Virus record (IMG/VR): IMGVR_UViG_3300045051_000179
Coordinates: 47,051 to 111,050 of that record
DNA: 64,000 nt
Source of the DNA: a virus
Lineage: Duplodnaviria > Heunggongvirae > Uroviricota > Caudoviricetes
Strand: one strand, 5' to 3'
Part shown: one piece after another, positions 1 to 9,486 of the stretch
Numbering within the stretch: position 1 is the first letter of the stretch
How the letters are laid out: each line of letters begins with the position of its first letter
Made by a program: the position numbers and the translations under genes
Notes under the pieces: generated by a model
What the model was told of the DNA's origin: nothing
Database searches by the model: none
Seen by the model: only the letters and a program-made list of their open reading frames with translations

Positions 1-676
1 CAAACTGCTTGTGGTCTTCCAAGAGTTCGGTGGTGATCTACTCGGATTCCAGACAGAGTTCGAGGCGACCTTTGCCGATGAGGCCACGGCCTATTACCCG
101 TGGGAGTTGATCATTGGTTGCACTGACAACGACCAGAATGTCTGGCGAGAATGGCCACCCGGCTTCGAGTCGGATGGTGGCGAACTCTCTATCGGCGTTG
201 ACCTTGCACGCGACCAAGACAAGACAGTCTTTACGGTGGTCGAACATAAGGAAGGCAAGGCCACGGTCTTGCTTGCAAAGGCGACACAGGACAAATACAA
301 CGAACAGTTCGAATACTTGAAGCGATTGATCACAATGGTCAAGCCCGGTAGGGTGACCATCGACCAGACAGGTGTCGGACAAAAATTCGTAGAAGACGCA
401 CAGCGCGAGATTTTAGACACGGCCATTGAGGGCGTTGTCTTCACCAATGCTGGCAAGGAGCGATGGGCAACCGCCTTTAAGGGCGATATGCAGCAGCGTC
501 TTGTCTCTTGGCCTAACCTCGCAGACCTTAAGCGACAGATTCACGGAATCAAGCGCACTAAAACAGAAGCCAATTTCTATCGATTCTCGGGCACGCATGA
601 CGACTACTTTTGGAGTCTCATGCTTGCCCTCTATGGATCAGCCAATCGCGTAGAGCCGAGAATTTCATTTTTGTGA
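1..676 (+). CDS. terL: Terminase large subunit, C-terminal nuclease domain. Partial: the reading frame is open to the window start.
   Basis: Contains an RNaseH-like terminase nuclease pattern (GVDLARDQDKTVFTVVEH ... VTIDQTGVGQ). The frame stays open upstream of the first GTG, and the portal gene follows immediately. Confidence 0.7.
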   Translation, partial: KLLVVFQEFGGDLLGFQTEFEATFADEATAYYPWELIIGCTDNDQNVWREWPPGFESDGGELSIGVDLARDQDKTVFTVVEHKEGKATVLLAKATQDKYNEQFEYLKRLITMVKPGRVTIDQTGVGQKFVEDAQREILDTAIEGVVFTNAGKERWATAFKGDMQQRLVSWPNLADLKRQIHGIKRTKTEANFYRFSGTHDDYFWSLMLALYGSANRVEPRISFL

Positions 677-688
677 GGGCCGAGAGCC

Positions 689-892
689 ATGAGCACTGGG
701 AAACCCGTAGCCATACGGTGCAGTTGCGGAACGTTATTTGGTTACAGCGATGAAGCCAACGAACGCCTCGTGATTAAGCATCGAGACCTATATCGAATGA
801 TTTATGGCGAGGTTAAGGGTCCATGCCGTAAGTGCGGCAATGATGTTTCTTGGTCGCCCACGAAGCATATCAAGGGTGGCGATGCCGCATGA
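689..892 (+). CDS. Small zinc-ribbon protein.
   Basis: The pairs CSCG ... CRKCG form a 4-Cys ribbon. The ORF is tightly packed between terL and the portal gene. Confidence 0.45.
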   Translation: MSTGKPVAIRCSCGTLFGYSDEANERLVIKHRDLYRMIYGEVKGPCRKCGNDVSWSPTKHIKGGDAA

Positions 893-1107
893 TGGAAACC
901 CGAGACCTTGATCGTCTAGTATCGCAAACCAGTCTCAACCCGTTCGTGAAGATCGCACTTCGCCGGGTACGAAAGGCCATTGCGTCCGGTGATGTCTCTG
1001 GCTTCTCAATAGATAAGCACAAGTGGAGTGTCCGCGTGGTTGATCCTGCGGGACTCTCTTGCACGTGGACGTTCTCCCTTCGGGATAAAGACGAGGAATC
1101 AGCCTAA
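889..1107 (+). CDS. Hypothetical protein.
   Basis: Its ATGATGG start overlaps the previous stop codon. It ends 1 nt before the portal start. Confidence 0.4.
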   Translation: MMETRDLDRLVSQTSLNPFVKIALRRVRKAIASGDVSGFSIDKHKWSVRVVDPAGLSCTWTFSLRDKDEESA

Positions 1108-2489
1108 TGGCACAGAGTAAACAGGCGACAGAAACGCGAAGTAGAGATTCCTCGGGACGCTTTACCAAGGCACAGGTTGACGTGCCCGTACCGGGCCGTA
1201 TCCAAGCCAACATCTTCTCTTTGGGCCTGAAGCCTGACGGTCAGAAGATCGCGATCAACCCAACTCGTAAGGCTCGTTATACCACGTATTACGAGATGTA
1301 CCGTCAGCATCCTACGCTGCGGGCCGGTATTGAGAAGATCGCCAAGGTTACCGTTGCTAACGGTTTTCGCTTTATTGCCGAAGACGCAGATATTGCCGTT
1401 GACCAGAATCAGGTCAAGGAACTACGCAGGTTCTTCCGTGCATCAAACGCACATCAATTACTTCGAGATACGTATCGCGACCTGATGATTTACGGCGAAG
1501 CATTCTGGCTGATCGAGAAGCGACTGAATAAGAAGCCAATTAGGGCTCGTCGTCTGCATCCGTACTATATGGATGAGGGGACAGTCGTCGGGGAAATCAC
1601 TGGGTGGCGCTTTGGCCCGATTCAGGCATCGGATAAGGCAACGGAATACAAGGCCGATCAAGTCATTCAGTTCAAGTTCGACGATCCTGACAATGACACT
1701 CGCGGCCTGTCGCTCCTCGCATCGCTAGAGTTGACGGTTGCATCCGATCTGTTCGCGATGAAATACAACGAAAAGTTCTTCGAAAACTCTGCTCGTACCG
1801 GCATCATCTTCAACATGAAGGGTGCTACCGAAGCAGAGGTTAAGCGTAACCGCGCTTGGCTCGAATTGAACTATGTTGGTGTTGAGGCTGCTCACCGTCC
1901 GATCCTCCTTGAGGGTGGGCTTGAGGTTCAGAAGTCCGTCAGCACTCGCGCTGAAATGGAATTCATCGAAGGCCGACGCTTCAACCGTCAGGAGATTCTG
2001 TCTGTTCTGGACATCGATCCAACCAAGTTGGGCATCAACGAAAACTCCAACAGAAGCGTCAGCAAGGAAGCAGATAACACCTTCCGTCAAGAGAATATTT
2101 CTCCGTTGCAGTTGGTTGTTGAGGAAGAAATCAGCAACCGCCTCATCATGGAGATGTTTGGCTATGACGATATCTTGTTCCGCCAGAACGATTCCAGCCG
2201 CCGTGACCTCCTTGAGAGCATGAAGGCATACGGTGATGGCGAACGCATGGGTGTCTTCACTATTAACGGTATCAGAAACGAATTCGGTATGCCGAAGATC
2301 ACAGGTGGCGATGTCGCCTTCGTCCAGACAGCAGCAGGAGCAATCCCTGTTGAATGGCTCGATGACGTGGCTAAGCGCTTGATAACGGTTGGGCCGGGTG
2401 GAGTACAGACACTTCCACCGGTTGACACTGGCTCGCCTGCCGCAGGTGGCGGCGACCAAGGCGCGGCTAATGACCAGCCAGCAGGATAA
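1107..2489 (+). CDS. Portal protein.
   Basis: A 460-aa protein directly downstream of terL, with an HK97-like portal size and composition and an acidic or Gly-rich C-terminal tail. Confidence 0.8.
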   Translation: MAQSKQATETRSRDSSGRFTKAQVDVPVPGRIQANIFSLGLKPDGQKIAINPTRKARYTTYYEMYRQHPTLRAGIEKIAKVTVANGFRFIAEDADIAVDQNQVKELRRFFRASNAHQLLRDTYRDLMIYGEAFWLIEKRLNKKPIRARRLHPYYMDEGTVVGEITGWRFGPIQASDKATEYKADQVIQFKFDDPDNDTRGLSLLASLELTVASDLFAMKYNEKFFENSARTGIIFNMKGATEAEVKRNRAWLELNYVGVEAAHRPILLEGGLEVQKSVSTRAEMEFIEGRRFNRQEILSVLDIDPTKLGINENSNRSVSKEADNTFRQENISPLQLVVEEEISNRLIMEMFGYDDILFRQNDSSRRDLLESMKAYGDGERMGVFTINGIRNEFGMPKITGGDVAFVQTAAGAIPVEWLDDVAKRLITVGPGGVQTLPPVDTGSPAAGGGDQGAANDQPAG

Positions 2490-2493
2490 GAGC

Positions 2494-3948
2494 ATGAATC
2501 AAGAAGTCAAATTCAAGTATACCTTCCCTATTGCCAAAAGCGAAGCCCGAGAGGACGGCAACTTTCTAATCGGCTACGCCTCTGGACCGGAAGTGGATAG
2601 CGAGAAAGAGCGCATGTCTCCCGAGGCTATTCAGGCTTTCTCTGATCAGATCAATGCCAGTAGTGATGGCCATCGCCTTGTCTATCGTGATGCCCACGCC
2701 CCTGATGGCGTCCTTCGAGACCTAGGAGATATCACCAAGGCTTGGATCAATGAAAAGATGCACCTTGGCATCGAAGTCAAACTCGATATGGAGAATCCTG
2801 CTGCCGCATTCCTGTGGAAGCAAGTCAATAACGGCAAGCAGTACGGTATGTCCGTTGCTGGCCGTGTTTACGATTACATCGATGAGTTCGTTGCTGAGGT
2901 AGGGTCGCAAGTCCGAACTTACAAGGCAATCATTCTTGATGAGATTAGCAATACTACCCGACCGGCTTGGTATCCAAGTTTCGGTTCCGTGCTAGCAAAG
3001 TCCATTAAGGACGCTGAGAGCGCTGTAGCAAGTAGCGGTGAGGTCAGCGAAAAGTCTGCGACCACCGATGAGGGAGAGAACACGTTGACAAACGAGGTAC
3101 TCCTTGACGCACCGGTCAAGGACGAAACAAAGTCTGCTGCTATCACTGACATCAACGACGAACGAGTCGTTAAGTGGAGTAGCGCAGCAAGTGATGCTAG
3201 CGGTGCAGCCTATGTGCTGTCCAGCGTCCTTGCCATTCTTGGTGACGAAACCAGCGAGGCTGATACAGGCGATGCCGACAAGTTGAAGGCAGCCGTCGCA
3301 GCCATTCTCTCATTCATTGAGTCAGAAACGGCTGAAATCGGTACCGTAGGGGATGTTTCCATGAGCGATACCACAACCGAGGAAAACGAAATTGAAAAGT
3401 CCGATGACGAGGCTGCTGCCTCCGAGGCGACAGATGAGGCTTCGGCTGAGTCTGCCACCGAGGAAACAGTCTCCGAGGAAGTCGTGACTGATGACGACGC
3501 TGAGAAGTCCGACAAGGACGACGAGGCTGACGTTGAAAAGGCTGGCAAGAAGATCAGTGCTGCTAACGCAGCCAAACTGATGGCCATGTTTGCCGAGATT
3601 CAGACGACACTCCAAGATGTTGGCGTGATCGAGGCTGATACTACAACCGACAAGAGTTCCGATAATGCGGCTTCCACAGACGCAGAAGTGACCATCGAAA
3701 AGACGGACGAGTCAGAGACAGTTGACGAACTGACAACTCAGAAGTCTGCCGATGAACTGGCTGCTGAACTAGCGAAGGCACGCGCAAGGATCGAGGAACT
3801 AGAGAATTCTCCGACAACAGTTCTTCCGGGTCTCGTCACTGACGCGACAAAGAAGACTGCTGAGAGTGATTTCGAGGAACTTCTAAAGAAGGCTTCTCCT
3901 TCCGAGAGACTTCGCTACTCATTGGCTGCCCACACGGGTGGTCGTTAA
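2494..3948 (+). CDS. Prohead protease (HK97 S78-like) fused to an acidic coiled-coil scaffold domain.
   Basis: The N-terminus (EDGNFLIGYASGPEVDSEKERMSPEAIQAF ... YRDAHAPDG ... GMSVAG) resembles the HK97 prohead protease His/Ser region. The C-terminal half is very acidic and contains ELAAELAKARARIEELE. The start was chosen at the ATG just after the portal stop. The 2389 start in the ORF track would overlap the portal gene. Confidence 0.6.
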   Translation: MNQEVKFKYTFPIAKSEAREDGNFLIGYASGPEVDSEKERMSPEAIQAFSDQINASSDGHRLVYRDAHAPDGVLRDLGDITKAWINEKMHLGIEVKLDMENPAAAFLWKQVNNGKQYGMSVAGRVYDYIDEFVAEVGSQVRTYKAIILDEISNTTRPAWYPSFGSVLAKSIKDAESAVASSGEVSEKSATTDEGENTLTNEVLLDAPVKDETKSAAITDINDERVVKWSSAASDASGAAYVLSSVLAILGDETSEADTGDADKLKAAVAAILSFIESETAEIGTVGDVSMSDTTTEENEIEKSDDEAAASEATDEASAESATEETVSEEVVTDDDAEKSDKDDEADVEKAGKKISAANAAKLMAMFAEIQTTLQDVGVIEADTTTDKSSDNAASTDAEVTIEKTDESETVDELTTQKSADELAAELAKARARIEELENSPTTVLPGLVTDATKKTAESDFEELLKKASPSERLRYSLAAHTGGR

Positions 3949-3969
3949 TCAACCAAAAGGAATCCGTAA

Positions 3970-4854
3970 ATGGATCAGATTACAGTACGTAAGGCGTTGG
4001 ACCTTGCATCTTCGGGCTCTTACCTAATCCCAGAGATTGTAGACAACGCAATCCGCGACTATGCTACGTCGGAGCCAGTTCTGGCTAACGTAGTCACTCG
4101 CGTGCCTTGGGCTACGAACACCTACTTCATCCGTAGGCGTGACGCCCTCCCGACTGCCTCTTGGGCTGTTGACGGTGGTAACCTGCCGAACGCATCTCAG
4201 AGCACGTACAAGAAGGTCAGTCAGTCGATTGCCTACCTGTACACGGTCGGTTCGGTCACTGGACCGATGCAGGAAGCCGCTGGCTCCCTGTACAACGCTC
4301 TTGCTCTTGAGGTCGAGGCCCACAGCCGCGCCCTGATCGAGCAGTTGTCAACTGACATCGCTACGGCTGATGGCCAGTCCGACGACATCATCGGTATGTT
4401 GTACCAGATCGACACCGATGACAAGATGAACTGGGGCTCCACGGGCTCTGGTGAGGTTGACGCCGCTGGTGCGTATCTAACCCTTGAACTGATCGACACA
4501 GCAATCGACACCGCTCGCGGTGAGGTTGACCTGATCGTCACTTCTCGAAAGGTACGTCGAGCGATCAACGGTCTGCTACAGGCTCAGCAGCAGTTCGTGG
4601 ACAGGACTGAGGTAGCCGCTGGCTTCCGCGTTCTGACCTACGATGGTATCCCCATCGTGACCGACCTGCACTGGGAGACTGACGAGGATATCCTCTTTGT
4701 CCGTCGAGCAGACGCGAAGTTGCTTGTTCACAAGGACTTCACCTACGAGGACTTGGCTCACACCAAGGACGCATCGGACTTTATGATCAAGGGTTACTTT
4801 GGATTCAGCCTTGAGGGGCGTCCTGTACACCTTGATAATTTCGTCCTTCCGTAA
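3970..4854 (+). CDS. Major capsid protein (HK97 fold).
   Basis: A 294-aa protein directly after the protease-scaffold gene. Its composition and position are typical of an HK97-family major capsid protein, and it has a strong GGA-rich ribosome-binding site. Confidence 0.75.
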   Translation: MDQITVRKALDLASSGSYLIPEIVDNAIRDYATSEPVLANVVTRVPWATNTYFIRRRDALPTASWAVDGGNLPNASQSTYKKVSQSIAYLYTVGSVTGPMQEAAGSLYNALALEVEAHSRALIEQLSTDIATADGQSDDIIGMLYQIDTDDKMNWGSTGSGEVDAAGAYLTLELIDTAIDTARGEVDLIVTSRKVRRAINGLLQAQQQFVDRTEVAAGFRVLTYDGIPIVTDLHWETDEDILFVRRADAKLLVHKDFTYEDLAHTKDASDFMIKGYFGFSLEGRPVHLDNFVLP

Positions 4855-4919
4855 GGATTAACGTGGTGAGGAGGGATCGTTAACGCGGTCCCTCCGACCC
4901 GCTAAAGGAGAGCCATCTG

Positions 4920-5438
4920 ATGGCAGTTCGACTGAAGCACCTAACCAAGCATCACGCCCTACAGAAGCACTACTTCTATGAGGGTCACGCAGTCGCGGTT
5001 AATGGGGTCATCGAGATTCCTGCTAATCGTCCTGCTTGGGCACAGCGTATCTACAAGTTAGGTTATATGCTGGACCCCGAGACAGATCGTCGTCTTTCAT
5101 TGGGCGAAGTTCTAGGTCTCTTTAGTGCCAAGAGCACACCCACGCCGGTAGAGGAAACTCCCGCAGTGACGCCAGAGGCGACTCCGGAAGCAACTCCTGT
5201 ATTGGACGAGAACGCCAAGAGCGAGGAAAACACCGATGAGACTAACACCACAGCAGACACGACTACAGATGTCGTGGCAGAACCAGTCGCGCCAGATGCA
5301 ACTTCAGTGGATGTTGAGCAGCCAAGCGCAGCAATCCCAGTTGATGCTGACGCAGAAGTATCTGCCAATAACGACGTACAGCCGGAGTCTCCTGAATCTC
5401 CTGTCACAACTGACAGCGCCGAGGGTCTCCTACCGTAA
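4920..5438 (+). CDS. Head-associated hypothetical protein with a Thr/Pro/Glu-rich low-complexity tail.
   Basis: About 70 residues of globular N-terminus are followed by TPTPVEETPAVTPEATPEATP and a long acidic tail. It lies between the capsid gene and the glycosyltransferase. Confidence 0.5.
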   Translation: MAVRLKHLTKHHALQKHYFYEGHAVAVNGVIEIPANRPAWAQRIYKLGYMLDPETDRRLSLGEVLGLFSAKSTPTPVEETPAVTPEATPEATPVLDENAKSEENTDETNTTADTTTDVVAEPVAPDATSVDVEQPSAAIPVDADAEVSANNDVQPESPESPVTTDSAEGLLP

Positions 5439-5447
5439 GGGCACGTC

Positions 5448-6725
5448 ATGCGCGTCCTCGTAATTGGTGATAGTCCACTAATCAAGACCGGGTTCGGGCG
5501 CGTGAATCACCACGCCGCTGAAGCCTTCCTCCGTCAAGGATGGGAAGTGGCCGCTGTCACTGGTCTGCAATACGAGGAACGAGAGTCTGATCTTGCGATC
5601 CAGCAGTTCGTTCCACTCTCCACCGATGTCAGTGGTTTGTTCAAGGTTATTGAAGTAATTGAGAACAAACTCTTTGAGCCGGATGTCATCTACCTGACGG
5701 CTGATGCGGGCTCAGTTTCGGCCATGGCCTCGGTGATCCCTGCCCGTATCCCAGTTTTTGCGTATGTTCCGATTGAGGGCGAGCCTCTCGCGAGCGCGAA
5801 TTGGAGGGCCATTCTATCCAACATCAACTTCATGACTTGTTCAAAGTACGGTGTCGATGTAGTAGCCCGTGACATGCGCCAGAATATTCCCTACGTCTAC
5901 CACGGAGTGGACTTGAACACATTCACTCCTTTGTCAGAATCAGAGCGTGACGAATATCGTAGGCGCTTGGGGTGGCAAGGAAAGTTCGTTGTTATCTCTG
6001 TCGCGCAGAATGTCCGACGCAAGCAACTGACAAGGCTCATTGAGGCCACATCGATCCTCAAGCATCACTATAAGCAGAAGGACATTCTGACCTATCTGCA
6101 TACTGTCCCCTTCCAGAACTACTGGTTAGAGGGGTGGAACCTACCTGAAGTCTCCGCTGCCTACGATACACATGAGGAAGTTGTCTTCAATCCCCTCATG
6201 AGCGGATTCGGAAAAGCGGTCCCTGAGCGCGGCAATCTTGACGTTCCGGGTATTCGTGAACTTCTGTCGGCTGCGGACCTGTTCGTTCTTCCTTCACAGG
6301 TTGAGGGATTTGGCCTGCCGATAGCGGAAGCCATGGCCTGTGGGACGCCTGTTATGGTTACTAAATACGGTGCCGGATGGGAAGTTGCTCGCCTTGGTGG
6401 AGGCGCACCAATCGAGGTAGCCGATTATGAAACCCATAAGTCCGGTACGCGCTACGCCAACGTCAGCCCGAAGGCATTAGCCGATACCATCCTAGCACTT
6501 AAACGTGATCCGAAGCGCTTAGCCCGGATGCGAGCACAGGGCCTTGAGGCAGTGAAGCAATTCAGTTGGCCCGCATTCGAGGAGACCGTCGTTGGCAAGA
6601 TTGAGGAGACACTCACCCGGTCAGAGACAAGGCGTCGGGAGCAGGAACAGGCTGATTCAGGGCGGGAGGAAGCCGGGTCGTCGTCCGGGTTACTTCGAGA
6701 AACTACGCCTGTTGCTAGCACTTGA
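5448..6725 (+). CDS. GT-B fold glycosyltransferase, family GT4-like.
   Basis: Contains the EGFGLPIAEAMACGTPVMVT motif (E-x7-E region) and an N-terminal Rossmann beta strand, MRVLVIGDS. Confidence 0.8.
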   Translation: MRVLVIGDSPLIKTGFGRVNHHAAEAFLRQGWEVAAVTGLQYEERESDLAIQQFVPLSTDVSGLFKVIEVIENKLFEPDVIYLTADAGSVSAMASVIPARIPVFAYVPIEGEPLASANWRAILSNINFMTCSKYGVDVVARDMRQNIPYVYHGVDLNTFTPLSESERDEYRRRLGWQGKFVVISVAQNVRRKQLTRLIEATSILKHHYKQKDILTYLHTVPFQNYWLEGWNLPEVSAAYDTHEEVVFNPLMSGFGKAVPERGNLDVPGIRELLSAADLFVLPSQVEGFGLPIAEAMACGTPVMVTKYGAGWEVARLGGGAPIEVADYETHKSGTRYANVSPKALADTILALKRDPKRLARMRAQGLEAVKQFSWPAFEETVVGKIEETLTRSETRRREQEQADSGREEAGSSSGLLRETTPVAST

Positions 6726-6851
6726 ACGTCAAAACCTACCGCTTATCTCCAAGTCTCGTCTCTTGGCTGCATCCCGCAGGAATGATCTGCGTCAAAAGTC
6801 TGCTTTCCGCCGCAAGCGTCGAAAGCGTAGCGCTCTGCTGAGAGGTTCGTA

Positions 6852-7406
6852 ATGGCCTTAATTACCTCGGATTACTTCAATACACAGATGGCCACACTCG
6901 GACTCAAGGCTAAGTTCACGCCCGAAGCAGAGGCTCTTGATGTCCTCATTCAGGAGGCATCCGACTGGGTGGAGGGCTATTGTGATCGAGTGTTTGCCAG
7001 CACCGAGTACGTGGAGGCCATACACTATCCATGGCGCTCTCGGACCCCTACAGCAGTTCTAGAGAATTGGCCCGTCACCGAGGTTACTGATATCTCTTGG
7101 GAAGATCAGAATGGCATGACCGGTGACTATGATCCAGATACCGTATGGATTGACCCAGCAGGAACGCTGACATGGAAGAATCCTACCTTCAATTCTTGGT
7201 TCGGGACACTTCGCTACACGATCACCTACAAGGCTGGCTACGAGACAATTCCTTCGAACGTCCAGCGTGCCACCGCCCTTAAGGTTGCCAACCTCATGCA
7301 GCCTCAGTACCAAGGCGTTCAGGAAAGAGAGGTCTTCATGGTTTCTAATCTAGAGGCCATGATTGTTGATCTGCTCGAACCATTCCGTCGAGAGCGATTT
7401 GGTTAA
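6852..7406 (+). CDS. Head-tail connector (gp6-like adaptor).
   Basis: The N-terminus MALITSDYF ... ALDVLIQEASDWVEGYCDRVF is typical of gp6-like connector proteins, and the gene sits after the head genes. Confidence 0.55.
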   Translation: MALITSDYFNTQMATLGLKAKFTPEAEALDVLIQEASDWVEGYCDRVFASTEYVEAIHYPWRSRTPTAVLENWPVTEVTDISWEDQNGMTGDYDPDTVWIDPAGTLTWKNPTFNSWFGTLRYTITYKAGYETIPSNVQRATALKVANLMQPQYQGVQEREVFMVSNLEAMIVDLLEPFRRERFG

Positions 7407-7940
7407 ATGTATGCCATCCAGATCACGACACTGGGTTTTCCGGAGGCCATCCGGAAACTAGAGAAGGTTCTTGATATCGTCGAGAACCAGCGAGATGACA
7501 TCGCTACTGCCGCCCTACATGGAGCGGCTACGGTCTTTGTCAGGAACTTCCAGACCGAAGGTAGAACGTCCGGTCATCCGTGGCCAAAATTGGCAGCCTC
7601 CACACAGTCTGAGCGTGAAATCCTCGGCTTTGATCCTGAGCATCCGATCTTGATCCGATACGGTGGACTTGAGTATGCGACATCGACCTACTTGGTGACT
7701 GCGCCAAAGACGGCTAGGCTCTACAGCGTAGACACACAGGGCAAGGCAATCGGTATTGATATCTCTGCTTCCTCGGATACCGTGACCGTCGTGGCCTACG
7801 GAGAGAAGGCAGCCAACCAAGTTGGCGGTGGTCCGACCGATGTGCCCGAGAGAATGTACTGGTTCACGACGAATCAGGTTATGCTGAAGGCACACGATGC
7901 TGCTGTGGACTGGCTCGCAGATGCCATTAAGAGGGTCTAA
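7407..7940 (+). CDS. Head-tail joining or head-closure protein (hypothetical).
   Basis: Assigned by position between the connector and tail genes. It is translationally abutted to both neighbours. Confidence 0.4.
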   Translation: MYAIQITTLGFPEAIRKLEKVLDIVENQRDDIATAALHGAATVFVRNFQTEGRTSGHPWPKLAASTQSEREILGFDPEHPILIRYGGLEYATSTYLVTAPKTARLYSVDTQGKAIGIDISASSDTVTVVAYGEKAANQVGGGPTDVPERMYWFTTNQVMLKAHDAAVDWLADAIKRV

Positions 7941-8423
7941 ATGGAAGCGATTGTCGATGCCATCATTGCGGAACTGACATTATTCAAGGACACGGCCAGC
8001 GCCTCCGGTGGATGTTCAGATATCCTAGAGATTGAAGCCCTCTACTGGGGCGATCCGGGCAGCCTGCCCATTAATGCCTACCCTGCGATTGTGGCGCAGC
8101 CGGTAAATGATAGACCAGACATCGAAACGACGGGCTATGAGGTTCGTAATTTTGCGGTACTGGTTACCGTCCTGATCAATGCTAAAGAGTATTTCGATGC
8201 TGAGCCGCTTGAGGCAACTGGTGATCGCCAGTTGACACAGGTAATTGAGGCATTGAGGAACTGGTTTAGAACGGACCACAACAGATCGTTATCTGGCCTA
8301 TTAGGAGTAAGAGAGGTAGTTGCCTCTGGCACCGACTACATGGTCCAAGTTCGCGGCTCCGTGATTGCGAAGTCCGCTCAAGTAACGCTGACTGTCAACA
8401 AACAGCGTCAGCGCCAGACATAA
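7941..8423 (+). CDS. Tail completion or terminator-like protein (hypothetical).
   Basis: Assigned by position immediately upstream of the major tail protein. Confidence 0.4.
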   Translation: MEAIVDAIIAELTLFKDTASASGGCSDILEIEALYWGDPGSLPINAYPAIVAQPVNDRPDIETTGYEVRNFAVLVTVLINAKEYFDAEPLEATGDRQLTQVIEALRNWFRTDHNRSLSGLLGVREVVASGTDYMVQVRGSVIAKSAQVTLTVNKQRQRQT

Positions 8424-8435
8424 GAGGAAGTACAC

Positions 8436-9395
8436 ATGAGCCTTGGAGCCCTTGGCTACGTAGGATTTGGTGTTCAAACTGAGGAGGAAGTTTTCGTCGC
8501 TCCGACGAAGTTCCTGCCAGTCACCACGTTCTCATTCGAAGATTCTAATGACTTCATGGTTCCAGACCAAATTAGGCACAGCCGTGATCGATATATCGCC
8601 ATGGCTGCTCCTTACCCGGTTTCGGGTACCATGGAAATGGAGTTGATCCCAACGGAAGTTGCATCACTCCTTAAGTCAGCATTCACCGCGTCTGCATATT
8701 CATCACCATACGCTGGTGGTGGATACTCTCACGTCTTCACTCCGGCCAGCGAACTCGACTTCTTCACGTTCGAGTCATCCGCAGCCGACACTCTCGTCAT
8801 GCGCTACTCTGGCGTCCGCGTCAACACCCTAGAAATCAAGGCAGCCTTCGGAGAAATCGTGACAGCATCCTTCGGTCTTGAGGGTCTGAACAGAGCCAAG
8901 CAGGGCAGTGCATCTACACCGTCCTTCTCTGACGTTACACCGTTCAGTTTCACTGGCGTTGACGTTAAGGTTGATGATACCCTTCTAGGTACGGTCAAGG
9001 ACTTTACCTTCGGTATCAACAACAACCTAGAGCGTATCGGTACGGTTCGAAAGACCCGATCATGGCGTCGAATGGCGCTCGGTATGCGAGAGGTTTCCCT
9101 AGCGCTGACTATCGACTTTACGGATACGGCTGAGTATGATCGCTTCCTAGCAGAAGACATCTTCGATGTCGATCTGCACATGGAGTGCGAGTCCGCTATC
9201 ACCGGCATGGGTACACAGAAGCCGATACTTCGTATCCAGATTCCGAAGGTCCGATGGAACAAGGTTGGCATTCCGCTTTCCGCGAATGACTACCTACAGC
9301 AAGCCGTTGAGGCATTGATCGTCGCGCCGATTGGTGGAGACATCTTCACTGCCACCCTCGTCAACAACGAGGAAACGGTCGAGTCGTCCGGTTAA
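8436..9395 (+). CDS. Major tail (tube) protein.
   Basis: A 319-aa protein with a strong ribosome-binding site, lying directly upstream of the chaperone pair and the tape measure gene. Confidence 0.6.
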   Translation: MSLGALGYVGFGVQTEEEVFVAPTKFLPVTTFSFEDSNDFMVPDQIRHSRDRYIAMAAPYPVSGTMEMELIPTEVASLLKSAFTASAYSSPYAGGGYSHVFTPASELDFFTFESSAADTLVMRYSGVRVNTLEIKAAFGEIVTASFGLEGLNRAKQGSASTPSFSDVTPFSFTGVDVKVDDTLLGTVKDFTFGINNNLERIGTVRKTRSWRRMALGMREVSLALTIDFTDTAEYDRFLAEDIFDVDLHMECESAITGMGTQKPILRIQIPKVRWNKVGIPLSANDYLQQAVEALIVAPIGGDIFTATLVNNEETVESSG

Positions 9396-9486
9396 TTGAA
9401 CGCTTAGCGTTCGTATACGTCCTAGCCGTTCAGTCTTATAGAGAGATTGGACGGTTAGGACCACATTCCCGAGAGGAAAATAGATA

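Noticed and set aside
38-456. Antisense ORFs inside the terL, portal, tape measure and fibre genes (for example 38-382, 94-456, 1725-2495, 11498-12151 and 19278-19901).
   Set aside because: They are fully contained within and antisense to well-supported structural genes. They have no ribosome-binding sites and are typical spurious frames.
2389-2493. The upstream extension (MGRVEYRH ...) of the protease-scaffold ORF.
   Set aside because: It would overlap the portal gene's 3' end by about 100 nt. The ATG at 2494 just after the portal stop was preferred.
6592-6852. An 86-aa Arg-rich ORF (+ strand) spans the end of the GT4 gene and the following intergenic region.
   Set aside because: It overlaps the 3' end of the glycosyltransferase gene in another frame. 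It is pure low-complexity Arg/Lys/Ser and has no ribosome-binding site. It is more likely non-coding spacer.
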